From Octopus vulgaris (Eukaryota), in contig OX597839.1 of NCBI GenBank assembly GCA_951406725.2, forward strand, positions 39,246,001-39,310,000: a stretch of 64,000 bases of DNA, in the 5' to 3' direction. Every line of letters begins with the position of its first letter. Position 1 is the first letter of the stretch. Positions 27,582 through 40,550 of the stretch are shown here, in pieces. The translations under genes were made by a program, and so were the position numbers. Below the pieces are notes generated by a model that saw only the letters and a list, made by a program, of their open reading frames with translations, was not told the DNA's origin and did not search any database.

Positions 27582-29159
27582 GATATGTATATATATATAC
27601 ATATAGTGAAGGCATGTGGCCTAGTGATTAGGTTGTTGCGCTCATGATCGCTAGACCATGGGTTCAATTCCCAGACTGGGAAGTGCACTGTGTTCTTGAG
27701 CAAAACACTTTATTTCATTTTGCTCCAGTCCCCCTTTCGATCAAGGGGAAGTGTTGGCCTGCATGCCTAGCCATCAGGGTGTCATCACTCGATGGCTAAA
27801 ACAAGGCAAAGCACATTGTGACCAGTGAATTGTAACATGATACTCTGGTTGGTCATGTGATCACGTGACATATATATCTATGTGTGTGTGTGTGTGTGTA
27901 TACATATATATATATATACACACGTAAATAAAATTCTATATACAAAGCAATACAGGTTATGCTATCATATGAGCTAGCACTGGTTTCGTGGTCTGGCTGT
28001 TAAAAGGCCCATTTCACATAATCTGGTATCCTCACCATTATTTGCAGGGGGGAAGGTTGTTACATATCAGGGGGGAGAGAGAGGGAGAGAGAGACATGGA
28101 GAGAAGTGCTAAACTAATGGTAACAAAACAATTTTTCAAGAATAAAATATTTATCAGGAACCCTGTCACTTTCCCTCAATTACCACTTTTTCCAAAAAAA
28201 AAAAACCAAAAAAAAAAACCAACCAAAAAACAAATATATTTCAAATATGGGGATTAAGGAGTGATCCCAATTTGAAGGAATGACCCTTATTTCTCTTTAG
28301 TTTTCCTTTTAAGAGATTTTCCACTGGCTTGGTATTTTTTTCACTGTATTGACGGTAGTAGAAATAGTAGTAGAGGTGATGGTTGTGGTATGTAGTGGTA
28401 GTGATGGTGGTATAGGCTACAGTTGTGACAGCATCATTACCATAGCTGTTATTGTGTTGCTGATTGTGGCGGTAGTATTTGTGGATTTGTCCTATCAGTA
28501 TTCCATGGTGGTGGTGGTGGTGGTTACAGTGGTAGCAACTGTTTTGGTTGTAGTAGCTGATATTTAGTGGTAGTATTGGCAGTTGTTGTAGTGGTGATGG
28601 TCGTTTTGATGATGTTGTGGTTGTAGTTTATAAGTGATTTATTTTTTTGTAGTATAGGCTACAGCGATGGTAGTAGTGATAGTGGCTGTCTGTAGTTTTT
28701 TTGGTAGTGTTAATATTTGGCTATATAGTTTTGTGGTTAACACAGGCAGTGGTTCTATGTCATAGTATTGGATGTAGCGCAGTGATAGTAGTGGTGGTAG
28801 TCTTTAGTAAAGTTTAGCAAGGGGTACAAGATTATGTAGGTATGGAAGAGTGTATGTGTGTGTGTGTGTTTAAGAGAAGACAGAGATAGCTTTACAAGGG
28901 AGAGACCCCGGAGACCCCGGGAGAGAGAAAAACAGAGGAAGGGCTGCTCATCTTTTTCCAAAATATCTTTTTTTTAAAATTTTGTTATATATATATATGT
29001 ATATATATGTGTGTATATGTGTATGTGTGTGTGTATATTTATTCACTTCTGAGTCTTGGGGTGGTGGTGGTGGTGGCAGGGGAAGAAAGTTTTGTGTGTC
29101 TGTCTGTCTGTTTGTCTGGTCATCACTGACTATATATGACATGTTCTTTGCACGCTGTG

Positions 29160-29689
29160 TTATGCTGCGTGGTGATGATGATGGGTAGGAAGATGCTGCC
29201 TATGAAGCTGGTTCTGTTGTTGTTGTTGCTGTTGTTGTAGACTCTGCTGTGGTGGTGGTGGCTGTGGATAAGACGAGTGAGGATGATGAGAGAGAGTCTG
29301 TTGTTGCTGCTGCTGTTGAAGTTCAAAGTCCTCTAAGATCGGTGCACTTGGTGCAGACGCACGGTAAGGCGTGCAGTTTACCGGTGCATGCGGTGGTATG
29401 ATGACGGCTGTACTTAGCGTCTGTTGTGCATCCGCTGCTTCTGTTGCTGCTGCTAACGGTGGAAGCCCTGGCTGTTGCGTCTGGTGTTGCAGCTCCGCTC
29501 CGCTTTCCGTGTCCAAAAGCCTGTTCATGGTTTCGGGTTTCTCGGAGGCCTTCTCTTCCGACGGGTAGCGACGCTTCTTGCCGAGACAAGGAAACACGCT
29601 GTACAACAGGCTACCCATGTAGGACGGCTTCTGTTTCTGTAGACTGTCTTCCTTGTCAGACAGTTTCTCAGGAACATCGAGGGAGTCGA
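29160..29689 (-). CDS. TNFR-like receptor terminal coding exon: low-complexity tail with PSAP, polyQ and polyH
   Basis: Acceptor tttttatattgcag in phase 1 gives IDSLDVPEKLSDKEDSLQKQKPSY, continuing into ORF 29160..29618 (MGSLL...APSAPILEDFELQQQQQQQ...HHHHHAA*). GC-rich and codon-like relative to flanks. Confidence 0.85.
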
Positions 29690-29758
29690 CTGCAATATAA
29701 AAATAAAAAAAAATTTAAAAAAAAAACAAAACAAATAATAATAATAATTATAATCATC

Positions 29759-30149
29759 AGGAGTGGCTGTGTGGTAAGTAGCTTGTTTACCAACCACATG
29801 GTTCTGGGTTCAGTCCCACTACGTGGCACCTTGGGCAAGTGTCTTATAGCCTCGGGCCGACCAAAGCCTTGTGAGTGGATTTGGTAGACAGAAATTGAAA
29901 GAAGCCCATCGTATATATGTATATATATATATATGCATGTGTGTGTTTGTGTGTCTGTGTTTGTCCCCCTAGCATTGCTTGACAACCGATGCTGGTGTGT
30001 TTATGTCCCCGTTACTTAGCAGTTCGGCAAAAGAGACCGATAGAATAAGTACTGGGCTTACAAAAGAATAAGTCCCGGGGTCGAGTTGCTCGACTAAAGG
30101 CGGTGCTCCAGCATGGCCGCAGTCAAATGACTGAAACAAGTAAAAGAGT
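29759..30149 (+). mobile_element. Family-A SINE in last intron of the TNFR-like gene
   Basis: Full-length match, about 70 nt from the terminal-exon acceptor. Confidence 0.9.
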
Positions 30150-31104
30150 ATCATCATTTAATGTCTGCTTTCCATGCTAGCATGGGTTGGATGGTTCAAC
30201 TGGGGTCTGTGAAGCCAGAAGGCTGCACCAGGCCCAGTCTGATCTGGCAGTGTTTCTACGGCTGGATGCCCTTCCTAACGCCAACCATTCCGTGAGTATA
30301 GTGGGTGCTTTTTATGTGCCGCCGACACAGGTGCCAGACGAGGCAATTTTGGCACAAGGCCAGCAATTTCAGGGGATGGGATAAATCGATTGCATCAACC
30401 ACCACTTTTTAACTGGTACCTGTTTCATCGACCCTGGAAGGATGAAAAGCAAAGTTGGCCTCAGTTGAACTGGAACTCAGAACATGAAGAGGAACGGAAT
30501 GCCGCTAAGCATTTTGCCAGGCATGCTAACAATTCTGCCAGCTCGCTGCCCTTCTACTATAGGCACAAGACCTGGAATTTGGTGAGCGAGGACTAGTCGA
30601 TTACATCAACCCCAGTGTTTCACTGGTATTTAATTTGTTGACCCCGAAAGGATGAAAGGCAAAGTCAACTTCGGCAGAATTGGAACTCAGAATGCAATTG
30701 CTCAACATTCTGTCCAGCATGCTAATGATTCTGCCAACTCACTGCCCTACTCTTTTACTTGTTTCAGTCATTTGACTGTGGCCATGCTGGAGCACCACCT
30801 TTAGTCGAGCATATCGACCCCAGGACTTATTTTTTGTAAGCCTAGTACTTATTCTATCGGTCTCTTTTGCCGAACCGCTGACAGGGATGTAAACACACCA
30901 GCATCGGTTGTATATATACATATATATATATGTATCATCATCATCGTTTAACGTCTGCTTTCCATGCTAGCATGGGTTGGACGGTTCAACTGGGGTCTGG
31001 GAAGCCCGAAGGCTGCACCAGGCCCAGTCAGATCTGGCAGTGTTTCTACAGCTGGATGCGCTTCCAAACGCCAACCACTCAGTGAGTGTAGTGGGTGCTG
31101 TGTA

Positions 31105-31157
<53 letters not shown>

Positions 31158-31160
<3 letters not shown>

Positions 31161-31467
31161 GAGGCGCAATGGCCTAGTGGTTAGGGCAGCGGACTCGCGG
31201 TCGCAGGATCGCAGTTTCGATTCCCAGACCGGGCATTGTGAGTGTTTATTGAGCGAAAACACCTAAAAGCTCCACGAGGCTCTGGCAGGGGATGGTGGTG
31301 ATCCCTGCTGTACTCTTTCACCACTCTTTCTCTCACTCTTTCTTCTGTTGGCCTGCTCGCTTAGCCAGCGGGGAAGGCATTATTCGAAGGCTAAAACAAT
31401 GCGAAGCGCATTGTGACCAGCGATGTGTAACAACATCTGATTGTCTGGTCGGTCACGTGATCACATG
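31158..31467 (+). mobile_element. tRNA-Arg-derived SINE (OR-like), tail type 2
   Basis: Same head as the tail-1 copies but a different 3' half ending ggtcacgtgatcac. Inserted in (TA)n. Degenerate copy at 27606-27868 (+). Confidence 0.85.
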
Positions 31468-31469
31468 AT

Positions 31470-31514
<45 letters not shown>

Positions 31515-31605
31515 TACATATATATGACGGGCTTCTGATCCATACCAAGCACAGAACCACCCCACAACAAACGATGAAGAAATGCAAGAAATAAGAGTTA
31601 CTTAC

Positions 31606-31758
31606 TTTCATTTAACTTTGTGGCTATCATGTAGACGATATCGATTCGATTGCATGTCTTTAGACACATGAATAGATCGGTGATTGTCTCGGCTTTGTCT
31701 TCTTTCCAACTCCGCCACTCTCTGAAGTAGCCATTCACAGCCGCTTTAGGTTGATCCC
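31606..31758 (-). CDS. TNFR-like receptor exon: C-terminal half of death-domain-like region
   Basis: Acceptor tatattttttag, donor A|gtaagt, 153 nt, phase 1-1. Encodes GDQPKAAVNGYFREWRSWKEDKAETITDLFMCLKTCNRIDIVYMIATKLNE, matching the W...T...L...L....R.D pattern of death-domain helices 4-6. Confidence 0.85.
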
Positions 31759-31909
31759 CTAAAAAATATAACGAAACAGATGGCTCAGACACACATCTCA
31801 TACATTGTCACTGTTGTCATTTTAACATTCACTTTAATCGTTTTGCATGGAGTAAAATGAAATTCCTTGTGGAAGATTCTCTCCAGCCAGATACCCTTCC
31901 TATTGCTAT

Positions 31910-33172
31910 TCCAAGCAAGGTAATATTTACCCTTGGCTGAATGCCCTTCATATTGTTAACCTCTACTTGTTACCAAGCCAAAATATATTTCCCCTTGGCT
32001 GGATGCCCTTCCTGTTGCTAACCCTCACCTGTTTCCAAGCCAAAAATATATTTCCCCTTGGCTTGATGCCCTTCCTGTTGCTAACCCTCACCTGTTTCCA
32101 AGCCAAAAAACATTTCCCCTTGGCTGAATGCTCTTCCTGTTGCTAACCCTCACCTGTTTCCAAGCCAAAAAATATTTCCTCTTGGCTGGATGCCCCTTCC
32201 TGTTGCTAACCCTCACCTGTTTCCAAGCCAAAAAATATTTCCCCTTGGCTGGATGCCCTTCCTGTTGCTAACCCTCACCTGTTTCCAAGCCAAAAAATAT
32301 TTCCCCTTGGCTGGATGCTCTTCCCGTTGCTAACCCTCACCTGTTTCCAAGCAAGGCAATACTTACCCTTGGCTGGATGCCTTTCCTGTTGCTAGTCCCT
32401 GCTTGTTTCCAAGCCAAGCAATATTCCCCATTGGCTGGATGCCAACCCATACCTGTTTCCAAGCAAGATAATATTTATCTTGGCTGGATGCCCTTCCTGT
32501 TGCTAAACCTCACCTGTTTCCAAGGACGGTAATATTTACCCTTGGCTGAATGCCCTTCATATTGTTAACCTCCACTTGTTACCAAGCCCAAAAATATTTC
32601 CCCTTGGCTGGATGCCTTGGTTGGATTCCTCTTCTGGATGCCCTTCCTGTTGCTAAACCTCACCTGTTTCCAAGGACGGTAATATTTACCCTTGGCTGAA
32701 TGCCCTTCATATTGTTAACCTCCACTTGTTACCAAGCCCAAAAATATTTCCCCTCTTGGCTGGATGCCCTTCCTGTTGCTAACCCTCACCTGTTTCCAAG
32801 CCAAAAATATTTCCCCTTGGCTGGATGCCCTTCCTGTTGCTAACCCTCACCTGTTTCCAAGCCAAAAATATTTCCCCTGGCTGGATGCTCTTCCTGTTGC
32901 TAACCTCACCTGTTTCCAAGCCAAAAAATATTTCCCTTGGCTGGATGCTCTTCCCGTTGCTAACCCTCACCTGTTTCCAAGCAAGGCAATACTTACCCTT
33001 GGCTGGATGCCTTTCCTGTTGCTAGTCCCTGCTTGTTTCCAAGCCAAGCAATATTCCCCATTGACTGGATGCCAACTCATACCCGTTTCCAAGCAAGATA
33101 ATATTTATCTTGGCTGGATGCCCTTCTTGTTGCTAAACCTCACCTGTTTCCAAGCATGGTAATATTTACCCT
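31910..33172. repeat. ~61-bp minisatellite, about 20 copies, with higher-order duplication
   Basis: Unit ttggctggatgcccttcctgttgctaaccctcacctgtttccaagccaaaaaatatttcccc. Confidence 0.95.
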
Positions 33173-33574
33173 CGGCCAGATACGATTTCAAAGAAGACAA
33201 GAAAAGCATGACACCACTTGTATAATGAGGAAGCTGTATAACAACCAACACACAATGTCAAAACAAGGAGACTTGTTTTGACAATAAAACTGTCAACGTA
33301 TGCAGTTAAAGTCAAACCATCCAAAGCAAAAAAAAAAAAAAAAAAAAAACAACCCCAAAACTGATTGAAACAGAGGCAATCCACTAAGAACTGTAACATG
33401 AAAAAGTTAATAATTTTATGGAGCAAAAATTAAAAGAAAAGGACCCCACATAACTCTCCTGTCATATAAAACAAATAACGCATGCAATAACAAGGAGTCT
33501 TATATGCAGTCTCTCAGCCTGCTAGAAACAGCAGCAGCAGCCTTGGAAGGAGAGAGAGTTCTGTTGGTCTATAT

Positions 33575-33795
33575 CAGTGGTTTTCAACCAGGGTTCCGCG
33601 GAAGCTTAGGGTTCCACCAGTACAGTCCAGGGGTTCCGCAAGAAGTTACAAAACTGCTAAAATCGGCAGTAATTTTTAATGCTCCTGTGCAGATATGTGT
33701 GCATAAGACTATTAAATTATTGCACAGGGGTTCCTCGAGCCAGTGGAATGTTTCCTTGGGGTTCCGCGCTCCAGCAAAAAGTTTGAAAAGCACTG
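33575..33795. mobile_element. hAT-type MITE with 8-bp TSD
   Basis: TIRs CAGTGGTTTTCAA / TTGAAAAGCACTG. Exact TSD GTCTATAT at 33567-33574 and 33796-33803. Confidence 0.9.
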
Positions 33796-34109
33796 GTCTA
33801 TATTATAATTTTTCTTTTACTCCAAGTCACTCAGAGAAAAAGTCCATTATCCACTCTTAGTGAAGGGGGTTAAGCAAAAAAGGGAGTAGCGTTGATATTA
33901 AAAAGAAAAAAAAAACAAATGTACATACACCATAGTGTAAAGTACCCCAACCCACACAGAAATCTCGAAAAGCAAAATCACTCCAAGTCCTGACCATGCT
34001 GGAGCACCACCTTCAAGAATTTTAGTTGAATAAATCAACCCCTGGTACTTATTCTATCAGTTTCTTTATTGTCCCAAACTGCTAAGTTACTGGGACATAA
34101 ACAAACAAA

Positions 34110-34761
34110 CAAGCCTTGTGAGTTGATTTGGTAGACGGAAACTGAAAGAAGCCCGTCGTATATATGTATATGTATATATATGTGCGTGCGTGTGTGTGTG
34201 TTTGTACCCCCAACAACGCTTGACAACCGATGCTGGTGTGTTTACGTCCCTGTAAGTTAGCGGTTCGGCAAAAGAGACTGATAGAATAAGTACCAGGCTT
34301 GCAAAGAATAAGTCCTGGGGCCGATTTGTTCGACTAAAGGCGGTGCTCCAGCATGGCCACTGTCAAATGACTGAACCCAGTAAAAGAGTAAAAGAGACAC
34401 ATATAAATACACACACACACAGAGTCTGTGGTTTTCACAGCTGTATTGTTAGTTGATAGTAGGTCTACTCAGATCAGCTCTGGCCCAGAGTGAAAGGCCA
34501 TGAGCAGCAGAGTAGCATAAAACTCTGATGATGATGATGATGTTGATGATGTATTGATATTATATAACAAATATATTAGTTTTAAACTAACTGTTTCACC
34601 TTTTGATATTAAAAATTCAAAGAAACTAAAAATAAAAAAAATAAATAAAATGTAAATGTTAGCTCTAAATATAAATGGTTACACACACAAACAAACATTT
34701 GATTTAATCTGTTCTTGAGTTCTTTAGTTACTTTCATTTATCTGGGCTCAGGCCAAGCTGG

Positions 34762-34797
<36 letters not shown>

Positions 34798-35116
34798 AAA
34801 AATATAAATTAGAAAAAACACCTTTTATCAATTCAAAATGAACAATTAAATTACACCATAATATTCCCTCAATTATTATTATTATATATATATATATATA
34901 CCCTTTTACTTGTTTCAGTCATTTGACTGCGGCCATGCTGGAGCACCGCATTTAATCGAGCAAATCGACCCCGGGACTTATTCTTTGTAAGCCCAGTACT
35001 TATTCTATCAGTCTCTTTTTTGCTGAACCGCTAAGTGACGGGGACGTAAACACACCGGCATCGGTTGTCAAGCAATGCTAGGGGACACAAAACAGACACA
35101 CACACACACACACACA

Positions 35117-35149
<33 letters not shown>

Positions 35150-35313
35150 TACGACAGGCTTCTTTCAGTTCCGTCTACCAAATCCACTCACAAGGCATTG
35201 GTCGGCCTGGGGCTATAGCAGAAGACACTTGCCCAAGATGTCACACAGTGGGACAGAACCCGGAAGCATGTGGTTGGTTAGCAAGCTACTTACCACACAG
35301 CCACTCCTGCGCC
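34110..35313. mobile_element. Inverted family-A SINE pair (34110-34396 +, 34903-35313 -)
   Basis: Tail-to-tail copies about 500 bp apart. Confidence 0.85.
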
Positions 35314-36252
35314 TGAAAGGTTTTGGTATCCAAAAGATCCAAAAGGCAGGTGAGGCTACGTAAGTGCTACGGAAGGACCGCTGTTAAGCTCCCGGTTCAA
35401 TGATAAGCATGAGCGAGGAATCTAAGTTAGGTTAAATAAGATAACAAGGCCAAGGTGATTTGATATTCTGAGGACATTTATAGGAGAAAGTGATCTTGCA
35501 GCTAGCTCTAAGGTCACCTTTGGCTTTATAAATGTCCAAGAAATATCACATTGCCACACAGCCACTTTGTTACGTATTTTATTTAACACATGCATACATA
35601 CATACATACATACATATATATATAAATACATATATAAATCAAATCTAGTACCTGTGTTTGTTTTTTGAAGTCTGATACATATTTTGAAGTCTGATACATA
35701 TCAACTACTATGTTAAGGGGATGTAAATAACAAACACCTGTTGTGAAGTGGTGGAGGAGGGGATAAAACAAACTAATGATACACATACGCACACTTCTGT
35801 TTATCGAATTTACTCACAATCTATTGGTCATTCTGGAACTTTAGTAAAGGAAACCTGCCTGAAGGTTGTAAATTGAGCTTCTTAATTACACAGACATACA
35901 TACATAGACATCTATGCCTAATTACAAATATATACTTTTATTGGTACTTAGCAGAAGCAGCTGAGTACCTCAAGGGCCAACATACATTCTTACCACCTTG
36001 TATGTATGTGCATACATACAGGCACGCATTCATACACACACACACATTCACATTTAAACACAGATGTCCACATGCACACACACACATATTTCCAGATAAC
36101 AGTATCAATGCCAGGGCCACGGATTGGCTCCCGAGCCAGTGACACATAAAAAGCACCATTTGAGTGTGATCATTGCCAGCATCGCCTTACCAGCCAAGTG
36201 TTTCATACTAACGCATGAAACACTTCGTACTTGAGTCACCCTCTTGCTTCTA

Positions 36253-36751
36253 ATATATATATATATACATACATACATAATATATATATATATATACATA
36301 CATACAAAAAAATATATATATATATACATACATACAAAAAAATATATATATATATACATACATACAAAAAATATATATATATATATATATACATACATAA
36401 AATATATATATATATACACATACATAAAATATATATATATATATACATACATAAAGTATATATATATATACACATACATAAAATATATATATATATATAC
36501 ATACATAAAATATATATATATATATACATACATAAAATATATATATATATATACATACATAAAGTATATATATATATACACATACATAAAATATATATAT
36601 ATATATACATACATAAAGTATATATATATATACACATACATAAATATATATATATATATACATACATAAAGTATATATATATATACACATACATAAAATA
36701 TATATATATATATATACATACATATAATAACATATATATATATATACATAC

Positions 36752-36788
<37 letters not shown>

Positions 36789-37060
36789 CATAAAGTATAT
36801 ATATATATACACATATATATATATATATACATACATAAAATATATATATATATACATACATAAAATATATATATATATATATCGATATTAATAATACAAT
36901 AATTGTTTCTTGTCAGGAACAAAAAATATATATACATACATACAAAAAAAATATATATATATATACATACATACAAAAAAATATATATATATATATATAC
37001 ATACATAAAATATATATATATATACACATACATAAAATATATATATATATATACATACAC
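36253..37060. repeat. Compound (TA)n-CATACATAAAA microsatellite array
   Basis: ~28-bp period visible directly. Source of the long YI-rich spurious ORFs. Confidence 0.95.
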
Positions 37061-37070
37061 ATATTGGCCC

Positions 37071-37471
37071 CTATGGGCCTGCCACATTTAGGTGGCAAAT
37101 ATGCTTCACAATTCTGTGCTGCTGCTATTTACTTCTCGCTCAGAGATTTATTATTGTTTGCTCTTCCTTTTTTGAGATCAGCTTTAGTTTGTCACTGGAA
37201 AAAGCATACAGCATTTTGCGTTTGGAATGAGTTTGTCATCGCTAGCTGGTGATTATCACTCACTGACGACAGGTTACTACTAGAAACCTGGGTCTGTGTG
37301 GGTCACGTAAGGCTAGAGATGGGAACGTTGATTTCCCTTTGCAAATACTAATCAGACTGAGGCAGTGTATCGTTAGCCAGCTGGAGGAGATGTCTTCCTG
37401 GGGCTATAAACAACAGTAGCATCATCCACTATGGGCCCCACCACATTTAGGTGACAAATATACTTCACAAT
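37071..37471 (+). mobile_element. Hammerhead-containing ~358-nt unit with ~42-nt terminal direct repeat (retrozyme/Penelope pLTR-like)
   Basis: ctatgggcc..ccacatttaggtg.caaatat.cttcacaat at 37071-37112 and 37429-37471, flanked by TA-rich microsatellite on both sides, internal hammerhead. Confidence 0.6.
37257..37300 (+). ncRNA. Minimal type I hammerhead ribozyme motif (partly decayed)
   Basis: cactca-CTGACGA-caggttactacta-GAAAC-ctgg-GTC-tgtgtg. Intact core, stem I 5 of 6 pairs, weak stem II, stem III ACCTGGGT one substitution from palindrome ACCCGGGT. Confidence 0.65.
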
Positions 37472-37536
37472 ATATATATATATATATACATATATGTATA
37501 TCTATATATACATACATACACACACATATATATTTA

Positions 37537-37902
37537 TTCTTTTACTTGTTTCAATCATTTGACTGTGGCCATGCTGGAGCACCGCCTTTAGTCGAGCAAA
37601 TCGATCCAGGTCTTATTCTTTGTAAGCCTAGTACTTATTCTATCGATCTCTTTTTACAGGGACGTAAACAAACCAGCATCGGTTGTCAAGCGATGTTGGG
37701 GGGGGGGGGGACAAACGCAGACACACAAACACACGTATATACATATATACAATGGGCTTCTTTCAGTTTCCGTCTACCAAATCCACTCACAAGGCTTTAG
37801 CTGGCCCGAGGCTACAGTAGAAGACACTTGCCCAAAGTGCCACGCAGTGGGACTGAACCCGCAACCATGTGGTTGGTAAGCAAGCTACTTACCACACAGC
37901 CA
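37537..37902 (-). mobile_element. Family-A SINE
   Basis: Matches other copies, with a small internal deletion. Confidence 0.85.
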
Positions 37903-37903
37903 C

Positions 37904-37971
<68 letters not shown>

Positions 37972-38938
37972 TAGTTTCTATATTAAACAACAATGTGATG
38001 AGTGATGTGTGGTTAGTCACAGTTGACTTTTCACACACAGACACACACACTCTCTCTCTCTGTATTCAGCTCACGCAGCTGTACACATGCTGTTTATGTC
38101 CACCAGTTACTCTCTCTCTCTCTTTCTTTCTCCCTCTCATACACTCACTCCGTTCACACACACACATGCACACACACACCATTTTAATTTTATTCCAAGC
38201 TGTGACAGTCAATCACTCACGGCTTCAAGTGGTCATTTATTTGCTACAAGGGAAATGAAAGTGAAGACAGGTGTCTTCTGGAGTGTGTTTAAATAACAGG
38301 TATTAAATTGGTCAAGTGGATTTCCTCATGGAGTCGCAAACACGCAAAGAGGAGACAGGCCTGCTATTCAGTTACTCCGCACATATCAGGCGAAATCCTG
38401 CTGAGTAATTAATTAATATGTTGAGTGAAATCCTGTTTGTTAGCTGTCAACGTTAAGTAAAGTCCTTTGTCTCGGGGCTGTTAATTTATGTTCCCGACAA
38501 CATTTCAATAATGACAAAATCATTTTATAAAAATCCTCCATTATTTTCGATAATTAATTGAAACAAAAGCAATGCATTTCAACAGAAAAATGGTAACAAA
38601 ATAGCGAAAGTGATTTAAAATTAAAAAAAAAAAAAAGAAAATCTTCCATTAAAATTTTGCTTTGTTCCAAACACCAGCTTGATAATGACAAAGTTATTTT
38701 ACTAACTTTGCCATTATTTTCAAAATTACTTGAAATGAAGGCAGTGTATTTCAGCATTAATATGGTAGTAAAAGGGTTAAAGTGAACTAAAAACCTTCCA
38801 TCAAAACTCCAAATTAATTTATGGCCCAAGCACCAGCTTAATAAATGTCAAAGTTATTTTACTAAAATCTTCGTTATTTTCAAAATTAATTGAAATAAAC
38901 ACAGTGTATTTCAACAGGAATATAATAATGAAACAGTT

Positions 38939-39454
38939 TTAACCCTTTCGTTACTAACCCTTTCGTTAAGTTAAATTAACTTAACTTAACTAACCCGGCT
39001 GAAACTGGCTCTGGCTCTAAGTACAAATGTCTTGTTTTCATAAGTTTTGAATGAAAATCTTCCACCAAACCTTAGTCACAATTTATGTTCTTAACACTAG
39101 CTGAATGCTAACTAAAAGTTATTTTGATAAATTCTTTGTTATATCTAAAATAATTGAAAGAAACACAGCATCTCAACAGAAATATGGTAATGAAAGAGTT
39201 AAAATATATAATAGAGAAACAATTCTTAACCCTTTCGTTACCAACCGGGCTGAAATTGACTCTGGTTCTGTAGTACAAATGTCTTGTTTTCATAAGTTTT
39301 GAATTAAATTCTTCCACCAAACCTTAGTCACAATTTATGTTCATAACACTAGCATAATAATAACTATGTTATTTTACTAAATTCGTTGTTATATTTGAAG
39401 TAATTGAAAGAAACCCAGAGCATCTCAAAATAAATACAGTAACGAAAGGGTTAA
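38939..39454. mobile_element. piggyBac-like MITE dimer (older decayed copies 38475-38935)
   Basis: Two ~220-260-bp units with TTAA-CCCTTTCGTTAC...GTAACGAAAGGG-TTAA ends. Second unit spans 39230-39450. Confidence 0.85.
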
Positions 39455-39939
39455 ATTAGTCATATAGTGTTAATTAGGAACAGAAAAAAATAAACAGAAT
39501 TCCTAATGATCCAATGAAAACAGAAGCTTAACCCCCCTCTCAGGGACAGGTGGAATGTTCACCTGGGATTGAAGTCCAAAGGTATTTAACCTATATCCCT
39601 GGAAAAACCATTTGATATTCCATCAAGAATTATTAGATGAGATTCAAACCATGCAATAAATTTTATACTCATCATCATCATCATTATTTAACACCCGCTT
39701 TCCATGCTGGCATGGGATGGACGGTTTGACAGAGGACTGGTGAGCCAGAGGCTGCACCAGGCTCAATCTGATTTGGCAAAGTTTCTACAGTTGGGTGCCC
39801 TTCCAAACGCCAACCCCTTTGAGAGTGTAGTGAGTGCTTTTACGTGCCACCGGCACGAGGGCCAGTCAGGTGATTCTGGCAATAACCACGCTCAAAAGGT
39901 GTCTTTTATGTGCTACCTGCACAGGTGCCAGTTGTGGTT

Positions 39940-40460
39940 GTCAATGAATAAATACTATAGGGCCCAAGGTATTGAATTGCTCAGAGGTCAAAGGGTCCAA
40001 TTTTGATCTATGCATGCTGCAGTTTGCTGTCAATAGATATTATAAGGCCCAAGGCATTGATTTGTCAGGGGCCATCACATGTCTAGGCATCAAATTCTGA
40101 TGTATGTATGCTGCGATTTGTTGTCAATAAATACATACTGCAGGGCATACGGCTTCGAATTGCCAGGGGGCTCCAGAGGTCTAGGGGCCTAATTTTGATC
40201 TATGTATGCTGCAGTTTGCTGTCAATAAATATTACAAGGCCCAAGGCATTGATTTGTCAGGGGCCATCACATGTCTAGGAATCAAATTCTGATGTATGTA
40301 TGCTGCGATTTGTTGTCAATAAATACATACAACAGGGTACATGGCATCGAATTGCCAGGGGGCCTCAGAGGTCTAGGGGCCCAGTTCTGATCTATGTATA
40401 GTGCAGCTTGCTGTCAATAAATAAATAAATACCATAGACCAAGTTCATTGATTGATTTAC
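39940..40460. repeat. ~191-bp tandem repeat (dimer of ~95-bp subunits)
   Basis: gatctatg.atgctgcagtttgctgtcaata at about 40005, 40197 and 40388. Confidence 0.85.
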
Positions 40461-40550
40461 CTGTGGGGTGTATAATACTAAGATGGCCTTCACACACACA
40501 CACACAAACAGATACACATACAAACATGTACACATTAATAATTTAGTGTT

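Noticed and set aside
31158-31232. tRNA-Arg gene
   Set aside because: A and B boxes are present but it continues into a SINE body found in several copies, without a clean cloverleaf or terminator.
31910-33172. Regular ~61-bp repeats as a CRISPR-like array
   Set aside because: No unique spacers, units are contiguous, eukaryotic context, no cas genes.
36105-37098. Long ORFs (up to 283 aa) rich in Y/I/M/C
   Set aside because: Translations of a (TA)n/CATA microsatellite, open in several frames on both strands.
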